Assembly (NCBI GenBank): GCA_030141605.1
Contig: JAQGDQ010000160.1
Coordinates: 372,001 to 436,000, forward strand
Direction: 5' to 3'
DNA from: Tubiluchus corallicola
Lineage: Eukaryota > Animalia > Priapulida
Length of the DNA stretch: 64,000 bases
This document shows positions 1 to 14,200 of the stretch, one piece after another. The position numbers and the translations under genes were made by a program. Position 1 is the stretch's first letter; every line of letters begins with the position of its first letter. Below the pieces are notes generated by a model. That model was not told the DNA's origin. It saw only the letters and a program-made list of their open reading frames with translations, and searched no databases.

Positions 1-392
1 CCTCTAACAATTCAGTGTTTCAAGTTAGAAAATTATTCTTGAGCCAACTTCTGGCCTCACCAGCTGTATCAAAATAGTTAAGCCCTGTCAGGTCCCAGTC
101 TATAGACAGTTAAACCATAATAAAAAATAAAAGAAAAATGCTATATAACAGAGATCTGCCCTATAAGTAAAGGCCATTCACAATCCATCAACAATCAGAA
201 TATAAGAACATACTTTATGAATAAATAAATATTAGCTTTACATAAAGTACTATAAGCTGATATATAAATTTTATAGGAGGTTAATGCGTAATAATTTACA
301 AATAACAAGTGTCAGAGGCCACAGTTAATGAGAAACCGCAGTTTCAGAATTATCGTTTTGTTTGATACAACTTGCAGCGATATTTTGATATT

Positions 393-3300
393 TTACTTAT
401 CTGAAGATAGCCTGGAATGTACTGAAACATCTCTCCGAAGTAGACACTGTATGATGCAAGCAAATAGTACTGAGAGAGCCTAAAAATAGACAATAATATG
501 TATATTAGATTTAAAATTTTAGGCAACTAGCAAGCCTGCTTAGGAATAATTTGTTTCATCCAAATTATCATTGTCTTTGTCACTGTCATCATCATAATAA
601 GACAGAAATTAGGCATTGGAAATGTACAGTTAAAGTATTATGCAAATGTAAATATTTAACTAATACAAGGCTATTTTTCAGTTAACACATTTTTGTCTGT
701 TTGCACATCATTCGTGACAAGCAGGTATAAAAGATTAAACCATAAAAAGCCAATAATTTTGGATGCAAATTGAGCAGTGTAACTAACACTCAGCACCATG
801 CGGATCGATTTCAAACCAAACTCCATAAAGTCCCATCAACGAAAACCAGCAACGGGTACTGTTAAGTTAGTTGCCAAACACAGTTTGAACACAAAAAAAA
901 CATGCCTACAGGTGTCAATAAGCAAGCCATCTAGCAAACAAACTGCTCCTACTGCAGAGAAATTATTTTAAAATATTAAAATATTAAACAATACCCTTTG
1001 TGAATTTACTTTACTAAAATTCACCCCAAGTCTGTGTTGTGTGCTTTACATCTTTACATACTAAGTTATACTAAAATCATATGTTATGATGTGGGACAAG
1101 TATACATGGATCCTGAAGGGGAGGCATCCCCCAAAACTCTGATTTTAGAGGGACTTCAAATAGGCTTCCCACTCTCCAAAATGTGTGACAAATATTAGAA
1201 AAAATAAGCCTACTGCGGAGTCTATAAAATATATAGCAAGCTTAGGCTAGCGAGATATAAAACCTATATGCAAAGAAACTGATTCCAGCCCCATGCTCTG
1301 TGGTCAGTTTTTACGTGATTTGCACCCATGAAATATGATAATATTGATTAGATGACCATACTGAATCCATTGTTATACGAGTTACAAAATTTGGATTTGA
1401 GGGTTGCCATAAGATACAGATTTGGGAATTTTCAAATCCCACCAGTGTCTCAGAAATGGCTTAGTTAGCAGTAATAAACATACTTACGTGTAATACTGAT
1501 GAAGCTATTCCAAAATAAAATATTACTTCTAGGTACACTAGCAGAAGTTGATAAAGTGGTTCGGCACATCCCTGAAATGATTTACAGAATAAAATACTAT
1601 AAATAAGTACATCAGTTTTTCTGTAGACTAGCAAGAAACAGTTACATAAGTTATATATATATATATACACACTTACAACAAAGTAATAAAAAGAATTACA
1701 GTTCTTTGTGTCAAACTTGTGAATAAGAAAAGTGATTTGTTTGCATAATATAGCAATAGTTTGCCATATTCATAATGCCTAATGTGACCAACGTTCAAGA
1801 AGAACTTGATTTATTTGTGCTTGTAAACAATGCCTTGTAAAGTCAATTCATACATACCTGATTGAAATATAGTAATTCCCAGTGACTTTCTTCTTCGATA
1901 CAAGAATCTGGAATTGGTAGATGCAACTTAGCATAATCCGAGGTCTCATTGACACCGCAGCATTTCAACTGTTAAATGAAGAAAAAGATGGTGACATTCT
2001 ACAAAACTCAGATTTGTAGCATACATGTTGCAGCCCTTGCACATAGAATCAGCCAAAGCACATAGGAATCAGTATGGCAGTAATAGAATATAGAGTCTTG
2101 TATGCGAATTCAAGTTTAAAGTGAAATGCAATGTTGTAAAGCGCAAGAACACACAATTCATAAATAAAGCTTAAAAAGATTACCTTGAAACTTTGAATCA
2201 CCTACATGCTGTCTGATTGCACACAGGGCTTGTGTTAGCAGTAACACTGTATAAAACTCGTAAATTTAAATTCCCATGGCCTTTAGGCACAGCCATTTTA
2301 ACGATAATTTGTTTGAAGCAAGCTTACACAACAATGCATTAAGTTTGAACAAATAATTAGAGCATTCAAAGCATACTCTTTGCTAATTAAGCAACGTGTA
2401 AAAAACTTTATATCATCAGTAAGATCAATATTGCATTTTTGGTGAATTACTAGTGTACTCTGGGATGGTGATGCAGTGCCGTTTTATTAGTTGAGGCAAA
2501 CATTTTAAATTATTAAGAATTTTCTTTTTCAGTTATATATGTCTTTCAAACAGATAAGAGCGATGTTAAGTGAAATATAACTTTGTACAAAAAGTTCTTT
2601 TCCCTTTTGTCCCCCTTACAATGGGTTTAAATGAAAAGAACTCAAAACGTGATTCCACTTTACTGACAAAAGTACTTACTAATGACAATTAGTACTTACA
2701 TTTTTCTGAATATGGTCGACATATTCTTCAGCGATGTGCCAGGATCCAGCTGCCAAAATGAGGTCTAAGAAATCTTTTGCTACCTGTGCTCCAACCTAGA
2801 AACAGTCATTGATTTCAATAAGCTTAGGAAGAGAAATAAATTCGAATAGCAGTATCAAGGCATTGTTAGAAACAACCATATTCAAACTAGCACTGTTGTT
2901 AATATCGAAATATACCATAAAATATTTTGTATAATATGCATCACATATCCTTTTTCTGATATCCCAAGATCTGTTTTACAATTTGTCAACTTTTTATGAA
3001 AATACTATGTCCATATGACATTTTAGTCAATAAAATGTACTAACCAATGTGTAATAACAGGTGAAAGCAGTAAAAGCATTCTTGTTTTGGCCAGGACTTG
3101 AACCTGGGACTGCCTGCTTCACAGGACATGCTTCCAAATGAGTCTACCAGATTTGCTAGAGGGCACATATTCTAATCATCTCTTTATAAGAGTCATTCTC
3201 ATAAGTGCAAAGCATATTGATAGATAGGTAAAGACTGAAGAAATATAACTGATTAATTTAATAATTAATGAAGGTGACTCATCAAGTAATTGAGGATATC

Positions 3301-4550
3301 TTATCATGCTATTGATGATATCCACACAGGCAGAAAAAATAGCGCTATTGCCTGAAAATTGCTTGTCATGGTAAAAGCATGCAGAAAACAATAATTGTCA
3401 ATTTACCTCTTCAGAATCGCGGGCTTGATCTTTATATACATCAGTGTAAAAAGTTAGAGTGAGTGATTCTCCAAGTCCTACCATCAGGCACATTATGGTA
3501 AACTAAAAAAATATTGATTTTGTAGTACTATTTTTATGAAAAATGAAATTTGATAAATGTCTTTATGGTGCTAACCATTTGCAATATTATTGTAAAACTT
3601 CCATAGGGCAAAAAACAATTACATCACAAAGCTCCAAACGAAGAAATTCTGCAACATGCTCCATGCACTGCTACTGTGCTTATCTTCATGTGCCATTAAG
3701 TGTGGATAATATTGAACTAGTTCGGAATGCGAAGCACTGGGTTATTCACTTATTCAGTTCTCTGAATTCTGCCCAATCATCTGGACATGTCATTTTAGTA
3801 GTAGTGGAAACACAATGTACTGTATTAAACCATATATCATATTAGAACAACATGAAAAAATGACACCATACCACACCTGTCTACCACCCCCACCAGGCCA
3901 TTACTCCGCAAAACAACAGCAACAACAAATACATTTTCCACAATATTGAAACTGTATAAAATGACAAGCCAATAAATCCATCCACTGATGATCCAAAATG
4001 TGCAAACATATAGTCTTTGCTTACTGTTGCAGGAAAGATGCTAATAAGCTGGGTATGATGTTTATGGTTGTCACAGATCCAAATTTTCATAAAAATTTTG
4101 ACTGCACATTGTTTGCCTGACAATGCATAAATGGTAGTTTTGAATTGCATGGTCAACAATTACAACAAGACTGACACCAGTACATGTCACGGTAAAACAA
4201 ATCTGTCTTTAAAGGTTACAAGGTTACATCGCAAGCAAGTAACCCAATACTGAATAAAGTAAACACTAATTTTGCAGCAACAGTAGTATCAAAACTGTTG
4301 TAATAACAAGAATGTAAAAATAAGACACTATTTCTCAACTGAGCGTTAGAAAAATGCAAAAAAGAACAGCAACCTTTCTTACCAAAATTAGTAAGCTTCG
4401 ACTCTCCGTTTGTAAACCCGTAATACCAATAATGATTATAATGATAATCAGGAAAGCACCGCATATAATCACAATGCAATAGATGAGTAAAAATTCTGAA
4501 TATAGAGCAATCCCAGCCAGGGCGATGCATGCAGCACATGAAACCAATAC
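393..4550 (-). CDS. Divergent tetraspanin-family protein (6 coding exons found; first exon/ATG not identified)
   Basis: GT-AG exons, all phase 0: 4550-4383 (VLVSCAACIALAGIALY...IIGITGLQTESRSLLIL), 3502-3407 (FTIMCLMVGLGE...), 2795-2700 (...VDHIQKN), 1968-1858 (LKCCGVNETSDY...IPDSC...), 1571-1488 (GCAEPLYQLL...), 479-393 (ALSVLFACIIQC...SDK*). Four hydrophobic segments plus CCG, PxSC and GC large-loop motifs are the tetraspanin signature. Confidence 0.85.
3088..3150 (-). mobile_element. tRNA-derived SINE head or degenerate tRNA fragment in a tetraspanin intron
   Basis: Minus strand reads CTGGTAGACTCATTTGGAAGC...CCCAGGTTCAAGTCCTGG, with A-box-like and B-box (GGTTCAAGTCC) motifs and a T-arm stem. 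No convincing full cloverleaf. Confidence 0.5.
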
Positions 4551-6959
4551 CTAAAGAAACACAGCTCTTCAAATTATAATAAATACATGTACCCACCGTT
4601 TCTCATAAAACAATTGATATAGGCCTAGTACAGTGACAAAATATTAGGCTAACATTAATCTGATGTTATTTATAAATGTGACGTTATTTTTAACGTGTTT
4701 ATGATAAAAAAGAATATAGCTTGAAACTTGCACATCATACACCTTTTATGTGAAAGCACTATACGTAGGTAATTCAGTTACCTATCAGAATGTAAACATT
4801 TATCAATAAACGATAACTTCAGTATTGTGAAGCAGGAAATTTACAATACACTGTAAGACGTGTCACGAGACAATATTTTAACAACCCATTGCCAGCCGAG
4901 TCTCAAAACTATTTGCACAAGATAATGTGTCTGTACCACCTTATTATGCTGTACTTGCCTTGCGAAAAAATAAACCAAATTCAGGAGGAGCCCTTTCAGT
5001 TAGCAATAAAAAGGTATCCTTTCGACTAACTGGAAAGTGCACACCTTAAGAATTTATAAAAATCAACACTTTTGATCTGTTTCTTTTTTTTGTTATTTTT
5101 TTAAGTTTATTTATTTCAATGTTAAGTCAAAGTCAGTTTATTTTAAGTTATGTTTGTCTTTATTAACTTAGTTATCTTATAAGGTGAGCGTTATTGAGAA
5201 GAAATATGATTTTTAAGGTTCACACTCATCTATGAGATATGGTTATAGGAAGCAAAACATAACTAACATACTTAATTTACTGACGCCTACAATAAAGTTT
5301 AATATTACAGTATATTATGTTATATTAAACATTTAAACGCACACATGTATATTAAACATCCCCTGGAAGTTATATTTAAATCCGTTTGCAAATATAAGAA
5401 TTCTTCATATAATATAATTCCATTTTTCATATTTTTTTATAAATTAAGTCATCAACAGTCTAATCAGCAAGTGCATATATCACAGGTGTTAAATAACCAG
5501 TTTTTAACTGTATAAGGCAACATACGCACAAGTAAAGGGCTGCATGGTCGTATTTCGTGTTTACTGACATTACTGTACAAACAAGCAAAATAAAAATCTT
5601 AATTTTAATGTGTAGGCTTACACGTGTATAGATTTACAATGCTTTGTAATGAATTTAAACATGAGAAGGACAACATTCGACTAAGTTTACACGCCACATT
5701 TTGTGGGTAAATTTGTGCCAGCCTAAATACACTGTGCTTACGGTAACTTACCCCAATTAACAGATTTATTCCAATAAAAGAGTATTTTATCAGATGCCAA
5801 AACCACGCAGCACCCATTTCCGCGGCGACTAATCACTATAGCATGAGATGCATCAAATTCAGGAAGACCGCGTACACGGTTTCATGGGATTTAAATGCGT
5901 GATTAAGTTGCAAACAACACTTGCCATATTATCGAAAGGCGTTTCACGTACGCACACACGGCACCTGGTAACACAGTTTAGTGCACTGTATGCTAAGATA
6001 CCGCGAACGTTTCGTGACTTAACCCTAAAGCTACCATACGTGTCAGCGAATGTGCAGCAACGGCGTATAGCTAAATTATAGAGTTTCGCGTTACTGTTGC
6101 TGTAACTACAAAGTGAAGTAACTCTTCCAAGTAGCGGCGTACTTTTAACCCTACATGAGCTGGAGCTGAGCTGGTTGCGAGGGGAGAGCTACTACGTTTT
6201 GTGTGATCAGAAATCTTTCTTACACAAAATTTTACAAATTTTATTGTGGGTTTTTTTGTAAAAACACTCTTGGTTATTACTTTATAAAGAATTTCACAGT
6301 AATGTTAAATACAGGGTCTATGTATATGAAGAATTATTCTTTTTACAAGTGGAATAACATAGGGAGAAGGTGAAGAGTATTTACGAGGCACCATTGGTCA
6401 AAGGCCATGAGACTCACGTCTGACTGTCAAGGCCATTTAATTACAATGCTTCTGTAATACAATACATTCAGAAGTATTAATCACTAATAAGGTAATAAGA
6501 TCTGTAACTCATATTGCTAAAAAACAATAAGGAAAGGCTTGGTAATAAGCAATCTGTGGCTATCGAGCTGTGCTCTACTAAATGTCAATTTGCTGTGTTA
6601 AGTTCCAGCTCAGGGATTTTTCTCATTAATAAAGATAATTTTTTAAAATGAGACTTTGAACCGCCAGAGGTGTCTTAACTATTTTCAAATCTACATCCTC
6701 GTCAATAGGAGAAAAGGAATGACTTTCCTTCATAATCACCCGCCCGGCTGTACTGGCCTAGAATCAGTGCAGGCCTATAACTGATTTATGAACTAGATTC
6801 AGTTTTGCTTAGCTGTTAAAACACAAACAAATACATACAAGAGGTAAAGAGTCAGAAGCAGTCAAGCAAATGAAAATAATCTAGAAGCAGTTTTCCGAAC
6901 AGACAAGAACCCATTTACTAGCCGGGATCAGTGCTACTTCACTTTCGCAGCCAAACGCA

Positions 6960-7085
6960 TGCAACTGCTTGACTATTTCTTTTGCCCGAAATGATTGTAT
7001 AATTATGTAAATTTTATTCCTGTGCAACTGCTTGACTATTTCTTTTGCCCGAAATGATTGTATAATTATGTAAATTTTATTCCTG
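6960..7085. repeat. Exact 63-bp tandem duplication (2 copies)
   Basis: TGCAACTGCTTGACTATTTCTTTTGCCCGAAATGATTGTATAATTATGTAAATTTTATTCCTG occurs at 6960 and 7023. Confidence 0.9.
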
Positions 7086-7479
7086 CCAGTCAACTAAACA
7101 TGATGAGCTGGTATGGATTTATTCTGGAATATAGCTGCCTAAAAACTCAATTCAAGGAGGCTGTTAAAGTACTATAAACATGGATTGTAAACATAAAGAC
7201 AGTTTGACGGTTTTTGCAGAAGTCGAAAAAACCTACAAATAAATGCTGACAAAGAGTTTGCGTGACTTGCTCTTAGAGCTGGTGACTCTGTGTCAATACA
7301 TGGGTTGTAAAAATTAAAAAGTTAAACAATCATTTCATCAATGATATGTCTAGTTATTATACACTGGCATTAATTGTTTTCTTCACTCAAATGACGTAAT
7401 ACATATTTTTATTAATGTGCACTTATTTTGAGACCGCAATAATAAAAATACATGGTAAGTCATTGATATGTCTACTTGT

Positions 7480-7740
7480 CTGCTTGACTACTTCTGCACG
7501 TCCATGCCCATGTATAATTTTTTGCTTGTTGCACTTACTCTTAGTATTTTTATATACCGTCATCTTATAGTATAACTAGTATCTATCTTGTTTAATTTTT
7601 ACTGGAAAAGTTTCAGCAAATTAAAAAAGAAAGTTATTAGATAATACTATGAAATGACAGACATTAACAAAACATAAAAATACTAAGAAAAAGTGCAACA
7701 ACTGAAAAATTTCTACATGCATGGGCATAAGAAGCAGACA
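7480..7740. mobile_element. Degenerate fold-back (palindromic) element, probable old MITE
   Basis: 7504-7552 ATGCCCATGTATAATTTTTTGCTTGTTGCACTTACTCTTAGTATTTTTAT is near reverse-complementary to 7674-7728. Pairing continues inward (GTCATCTTATAGTAT vs ATACTATGAAATGAC). Confidence 0.55.
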
Positions 7741-8245
7741 CGATTAATATCAGATTGTTTATGTTAAGAGCCAAAGTCAGAAAATATAAGAACAACTTTC
7801 AAATGTTTAAAAAAGTGCAAATGGTACTTAATATTTTACAAGTTAAAAGACATTGTTTCACAAGCTATAAATTTAGGCATGTTTAGTCACTAGCAATAAC
7901 TGACTTTTCACATAAGAAAACTGTACAGTTACAGACTGCTGCACTAATTTGCATGATAAATATATTTAAGTTATAATCAATGCTTCAGTAAAACAACACC
8001 ATTTTATGGCCCACTAATAAAGTTTAACCCAATTGCATATATAATGTGAAACACATACAAAATTATAACAAATTTTAAATAACAATAATTTTCATTTTGG
8101 TGTTAAATTTTCAAACAAACCTGTAATTTCCAGATCCACTTCAGTAACTTACTATAGTGTAAATTTAATTCAAAGAAGCTATTGATTACTAAGAAAACAA
8201 ACTTATAATTGTAATCATAGACCGAGCTTAATTCATCTAAAATCG

Positions 8246-11200
8246 TCACAATTTAACAGATTCCTTTCTTTCGTTATTTTCAGTCTTTTTTGTGATAATT
8301 TCTCTATCTGGTAGAGCGATATTACCAGGTGGAGCAAGAAAGTAATCTTCACAGGTTTTAGCCGCATTTTTCATCACTTCTTCCCGACAGTTTCCTTCTG
8401 TCACTTCATCTTTTCGCAAAAATAATGACCTAGAAGTAAAAACAAAGCTATAACATAATGCCCAATTCAAAACAACTGTAATCATTTTTTTAAATAGTCT
8501 ACGATTTGGCACTTTGCAGCATGACATATGAATCCATCATTTAGTGTCAAGGGGTCTATTTATTGTAGATAGTTGTGGTGAACTGAAACTTTGCTCATCA
8601 TTAAGCATAAACCTCTAAGATGAGGCACCGAACCAGCAGAAATGCCTTAACCATGTGCGGATGTGTATGCATTTCCGTCGCTGAAACCAACAGCCGCGGC
8701 CAGCAAAGCAGATATAACCATGCAAACTAAATCCCCTGCAAAAGTCCCGTATACATAAATGACATCATGCCATAGCCATTTGATTGCATTTTCATCATTA
8801 TCACCTCATCATTTTTTTTTTATAATTTTTAGCTTTTTTCTTCTCTTTCACTTACATTACTTACTTGCACCATAATTTTACCTCCATGTTATCTCTTTTC
8901 ATTGCGCATCTCTTCTATTCTGCCCCTAACACCTAACAACATACCATGCACTGCAGCTGGGCTTTCCAAGTTCTAGCTTTTAGCTCAGCTGCGAGCAGTT
9001 ACATCATTTGTTCACTAATATTTGACTGTTTACTTGAGAAGTAATTGTAGTAATTTTTGTTTTCAGTTTGTATAAATGTATGTAATATATCTTATTAATC
9101 TTATTATGTAATTGTAATGGTGTTTTTGTCTAACAAACAAATAATAATAAAAACAAGTTCCGGACGTCCACCCATCCATTTACCGATCAACCTTTCATTT
9201 GATTTTGGTCGCTAAGGACCGACTGTGACCACTCAGCTATTAATCTCAACCCTTACAAATGCACAAACAATATATATAGTTTACAATGATGTGGAACAAA
9301 TTTCTGTTCTCATATCACTCTGGCAATAGTAGGTAAATGAAGCAATGCCAAATAGATCTTCTAACAAGTTTGCAAAGTGGATTTCAAGTTGTAACTTCAG
9401 GGTTCCCACACAATTTTAAAATAAGTCTCCCTGACTTTTCCCTGACCAAATATTGATTTTCCATGACCAAGATAAGCAGAAATTCTATTATCAGTATACA
9501 TATCCAAACATTTTTGTGCATGGACATTTATACAAATACTGATATATAATGTGTCGGCACAGTTGCAGTAGTGCTAACGCAATTACACTAATCACATTAA
9601 ATGAACTTTCTTAATCCAATCATTATTTCTGGAAGAGAAATCGAAACTTGGAGCCTGCCATAGCAAAATTTTATTTGAACGCGAATCACTGAAAAATATT
9701 GGTTCACGGTGATTATTTTGACAACCCTTTCCAATTTCCCTGACTTTTTGCTCCATTTTCATCATTTTCCCTGACTTTTTATCAAATTATCTTTTGCGCT
9801 GACTTTTCCATGACTTTTCAGGATAGCCTGTATTTTCAAGGATTTTCCAGGATTTTCTCTGAACGTCGGAACCCTGTAACTTAGGCCTATCTTTTTTATA
9901 TTGTGTGCAAATGAGTGATAAAACCATAAATATCAGATTAGAAATAGCCTATTTCCTGAAAAATGCAATGAAAATGACACGGTGAAAGATTTCCACAAGT
10001 ATTGCGAATAATTTGAGTTGGAAATCTTTCAATGTGGAAAGGCATGGTGCAGTCACATGCCACAAGTCATAATCAGAAAACAATGCAATATCATAATGCA
10101 ATACAATAGTTACTATCAAAACTGAGTCAAAAGTAAAACATATCAAAACCATAATATAGTCTCGGTCAACTGAAAAAAAGAAAAAATAGGTAAAAATAAC
10201 AAAACAGTGCATCATCATGATTACCACGTTAAACACATCACTTGCTGGTAGTGAAATGATGTACATTTGTACACATTCAAAGCACTGGAGTATGTATAAG
10301 CTTTCTATTTGCATAATCATTAATTTGCAGTCTTGGTTTATAAATTACATTGATAATTGATTCACAATGTCAGTAATGACAAAGTATGTTTTAACATTAA
10401 CAAAATAGTAAGCAAAAATCTGTGGAAAGGACAGTAATGCCGCAATGGTCAATGCTAACTGAGTACCAGACACAATACACAGGTCAACAAAGTGTGCTAA
10501 ATCCCGCCTACTCAGTCCATTCTCACAAACTCTTGCTCACCGATAGCAGCTATCACAATTGAAAATCTATAATCAATCCAAAACAAACATGAAAAACATT
10601 TTCCTCGTTTAGAAGCAATTTTTTAACTATTAATCACTATTATATACTTACTGCAAGAAATAGTTAAGTATATCATTACAAAAAGATTTATTTATTTCGT
10701 TCAAGAATATGTGTGTTATATCAAGATTTTGGGTGAAAGATTAAATGCTATTATCCTTTGACCTAAATTTTAAGGTGTTAATGAAAAAAATGTCAATTCA
10801 CGCACAAACTTATTGTGAAATTATAGTTTTTTTTATTATAATGCAATAAAATTAGAATCCCAATTCCTTGGTATAAAATTCATATATGATCAGTTTAAAA
10901 GAATAGAGTAAACAAAAATATGGGTTTAAGTAATATAAGTTACTTGAGCTAAATTTTATGAAAGGGTTTAGCTAATGTTCTCTCCAATCCAGCAGCACAT
11001 TGTCTAAGTCTTTTTTTGGCTTGGAGAAATTTATAATAAATCTGTCTCTTTGCAAACCAACATATCCCAAGCATAATGTTTCACTGTCATAATGTCTCTG
11101 TTTACTGCTAAACAAATTTTAGTTGCAGAAATCTTGTACGGGTGGAAAAAAAATAAAATAATACTAATCATGCACACTTGACTTTGCCTCTTGCGTTATG

Positions 11201-14200
11201 TTTCAAAATGTTCTACAGGTATGTTTGGAGTAATTTTTGTCAGCTAGTCAACTCAGAATATAAAATTGGCACTTGAATGACTATTGCGAGGTGGACCTTG
11301 GCTGGTTGATTGATGTTTCCCGATCTGTGTAGTTGAGATAACTTGTACTACATTATTTTCATTAATAGTAAGTTATCAAAACACAATCTTCTACCTATCT
11401 TCCAAAACGCTGTCCATAGGTTCAATGCCAGTAGTGTCTACCACAAATAGATTGTCTGCAAATCTAATAGCATTTTCAAGTCTTGATACAGCTTCCTCAT
11501 TACTGAAATCAACCAGCGATAAGCGTTCTAGGTGTGCAGCTGTCTCGTTATCTATTTTTGTAACCTGGAAAACAATGTTGAAAAAATTACTCGCAGAAAA
11601 CTAGCCATTTAAATTTATGTTTTAAATGATGCCACAATTGTGAACTATATTAATAAATGTAAATGTTATGTTATACTACAATTATCATATACTATTATTA
11701 ATCTATAATTTCTACAAATGAAATAATACTATTATACCAACTTGGCTTTTTCTGACTTGTGCTTTATTCTAACCTAGCACTGATTAGTGAGCAAATATAC
11801 CATAATCTGCAAGTGCTAACTATTGAGACTATCATATCAAGCAAGAGCCACAAGTTTGCAGAAATGTTGCTGAAATCTTTTAGAATTGTAATAACTTGAC
11901 TAGTGACTTCAAATGCAGAAGTAAATGCAGCAATAAGCTTGAAATTTAAAAATTGCCGAGTTTTTAGTGTTTCATTGTCAACATCACATAGCAGCGCCAT
12001 ATTGCAATCCACACTACTGCAAACATCTGGAATACTGTACCCAGTGCTAGAGCTTTAGCGAGTTTCTTAGCTAATATTTACTTAAATAAGAAACATTTTA
12101 GTCATGATAGGTAATTTTGCAAATCATAAAATTAATGCATGCTGAAAAATATTTGTGAATATTGTAAATATGGCCTTACGGCAACATGTCGGGTTCATTT
12201 TTTGGTGGGCACAAATATTCTGTTTAACAACAATCAGTTAGCTTATAAGACCAGCACAGTGACAGTGACCAGCATAGGAAAAGTGCCGCCTATTTTTGAC
12301 CGTTCTGTTCATTGAAGAATGGTTTGGTGAATAAACATCAAAGTTGTATTAAAATTTTGTAATGCAAATGGAAAAGGTAAATTGTCATCATCCGGCCTAA
12401 AGAGAGTGTTGTTTTTATTCACATTGTTAGTTTTTTCAGGTACATAATTTAGCTGCTCAGCTCTGCTAAACACTGTCAGTTTACATTAGACAATGGGTAA
12501 TTCACAACCCTGCATGAGTAATTTGTTTAGAACGGTGTGTCGGGAACATATCACCTCGTAAACAAGGTTTTGAAGCTCAAATTGCATTAACTTAATGCAC
12601 TGTTCGCACTTTTTAAGTTTACAGTAATTCTTTTAAACCCTGTCCAAATAACTTCACGAACATTTAACAATACTTGATTTCATACACAGCTTTAAATGTG
12701 TAACATATCATTACTGTATATTACACAAATGTTCAAGAAATTAGAGTAAATAAATAATAAAAAAAAAGTTACTAACTGCTGGGAGTTCACTCTCATCTAT
12801 CTTTTTCCATGTAGGAAATGGTGGCACCTGCAACAAAAGTAAAAACTTAGTAGATAATATAAACAGTATAAGGCCAAATTCAAATTTTAAATTTAAAATA
12901 GGTCAAGATTATCATCTGTGAGTGTTTACAATGACCTATCATTTCTGATGCATAAACTCAAAGCTTTACCACATCTTTCTGCTGCTCAACAACTAGAAAA
13001 TTTAGATTAAATATTGTGCGTAATAATAAGGGCATAATTAGCAATTTTTTTGCACATGCTTGTCGAAAATGCTTAAATATTTATAGTTAACAAGTTCATA
13101 CAGAAACAAGCAGCTGTCTCGTGACACTCACTCAGCCGGCCTGGCCTGGTGCTACAAAAAGTTTTGTCTGTTTTTTCTTTCAGTCTTGCTCTGTCATAAT
13201 TCAATCCGAAAGCTAGACCATATGAAATCGACAAGGCAGATAAAGGCCAAGGCCACTGCCCTACTGTATCTGAATGGGGGAACACCAGCTTGTACAATTT
13301 ATACAATTCATGTCCAATTCCAATGCCACGTGAAACTTTTTGTATTACTGCTCTTTACTTCACTGTGTCCGAGATTTGCACATATGTGAATGCAGATTAT
13401 TCCACTGGATGACTGAACATGGTGCAAATGAATATTTAAAACAATATTTGCTGCATTGATAGCAATGAAGCTTAAACAAAACTGATGTGAATTTCGACCT
13501 TCCGTGGTATGATATTTCTGGTAAATAATGCATCTCTATGAATACGTACATGATGGTATGTAAGATTTGGTGAACCCGCACAAATGTAGTCATGCCTACA
13601 CTAATGTCAGGGCTGCACAAATGATAACTTCCCTACTCAAGAGTCTAACATAGAAGTTACACAAGCATCTATGTAACATGCATTCCACACAAATCTTGTT
13701 GGTCTATGCTTCATTAAAGTTCCAAAATGTTATTCTTTATTTTTGGGACCCATACTGAAGAAGCATATTCTAATTTTGGCCTTAATATTGACTTATAGGC
13801 AGCGTCTTTGATAGCTTTTGAACAATGCTAGAGAGTTCTGCGAAGAATACCTAGACTTCGTGAACTCCATTTCAAGTCTTTCGAGATTGTGACACTATAT
13901 TTTCAACCGATGAAGCCAAATTAATAAATTTACCGTAGAGAACATACTGCCGGTTTATAACACTGGAATAAGCACGAGAAAAACGAATGATACCACACTT
14001 GTCAATATTAAAATTCATTAGCCAGTCCTACTCCCATATATGTAACATATCTAAACCTCTTCGTAGTGTAAGGCAGTCATTTGATAGGATGATACATAAG
14101 ACAGTCATCAAGAAAAAGCCTGATTGAAGAATAAAATTTTGTAACAAGATCATATATGAATAGCAAAAATAACAGTGGATCCTAGTGGTGACTTGTGGTA

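Noticed and set aside
3088-3150. Functional tRNA gene
   Set aside because: Acceptor and D stems do not pair well; better explained as a SINE or pseudogene.
5500-6200. CpG-richer patch with TTAACCCTA motifs as a Helitron-like element or tetraspanin promoter
   Set aside because: No diagnostic termini or hairpin could be identified; the evidence is too weak either way.
12970-13071. Possible extra in-frame GATC exon (HFRQACAKK...QQKDV)
   Set aside because: Not needed, since exon 17626-17518 joins VPPFPTW in phase. The acceptor is weak and there is no similarity to GatC.
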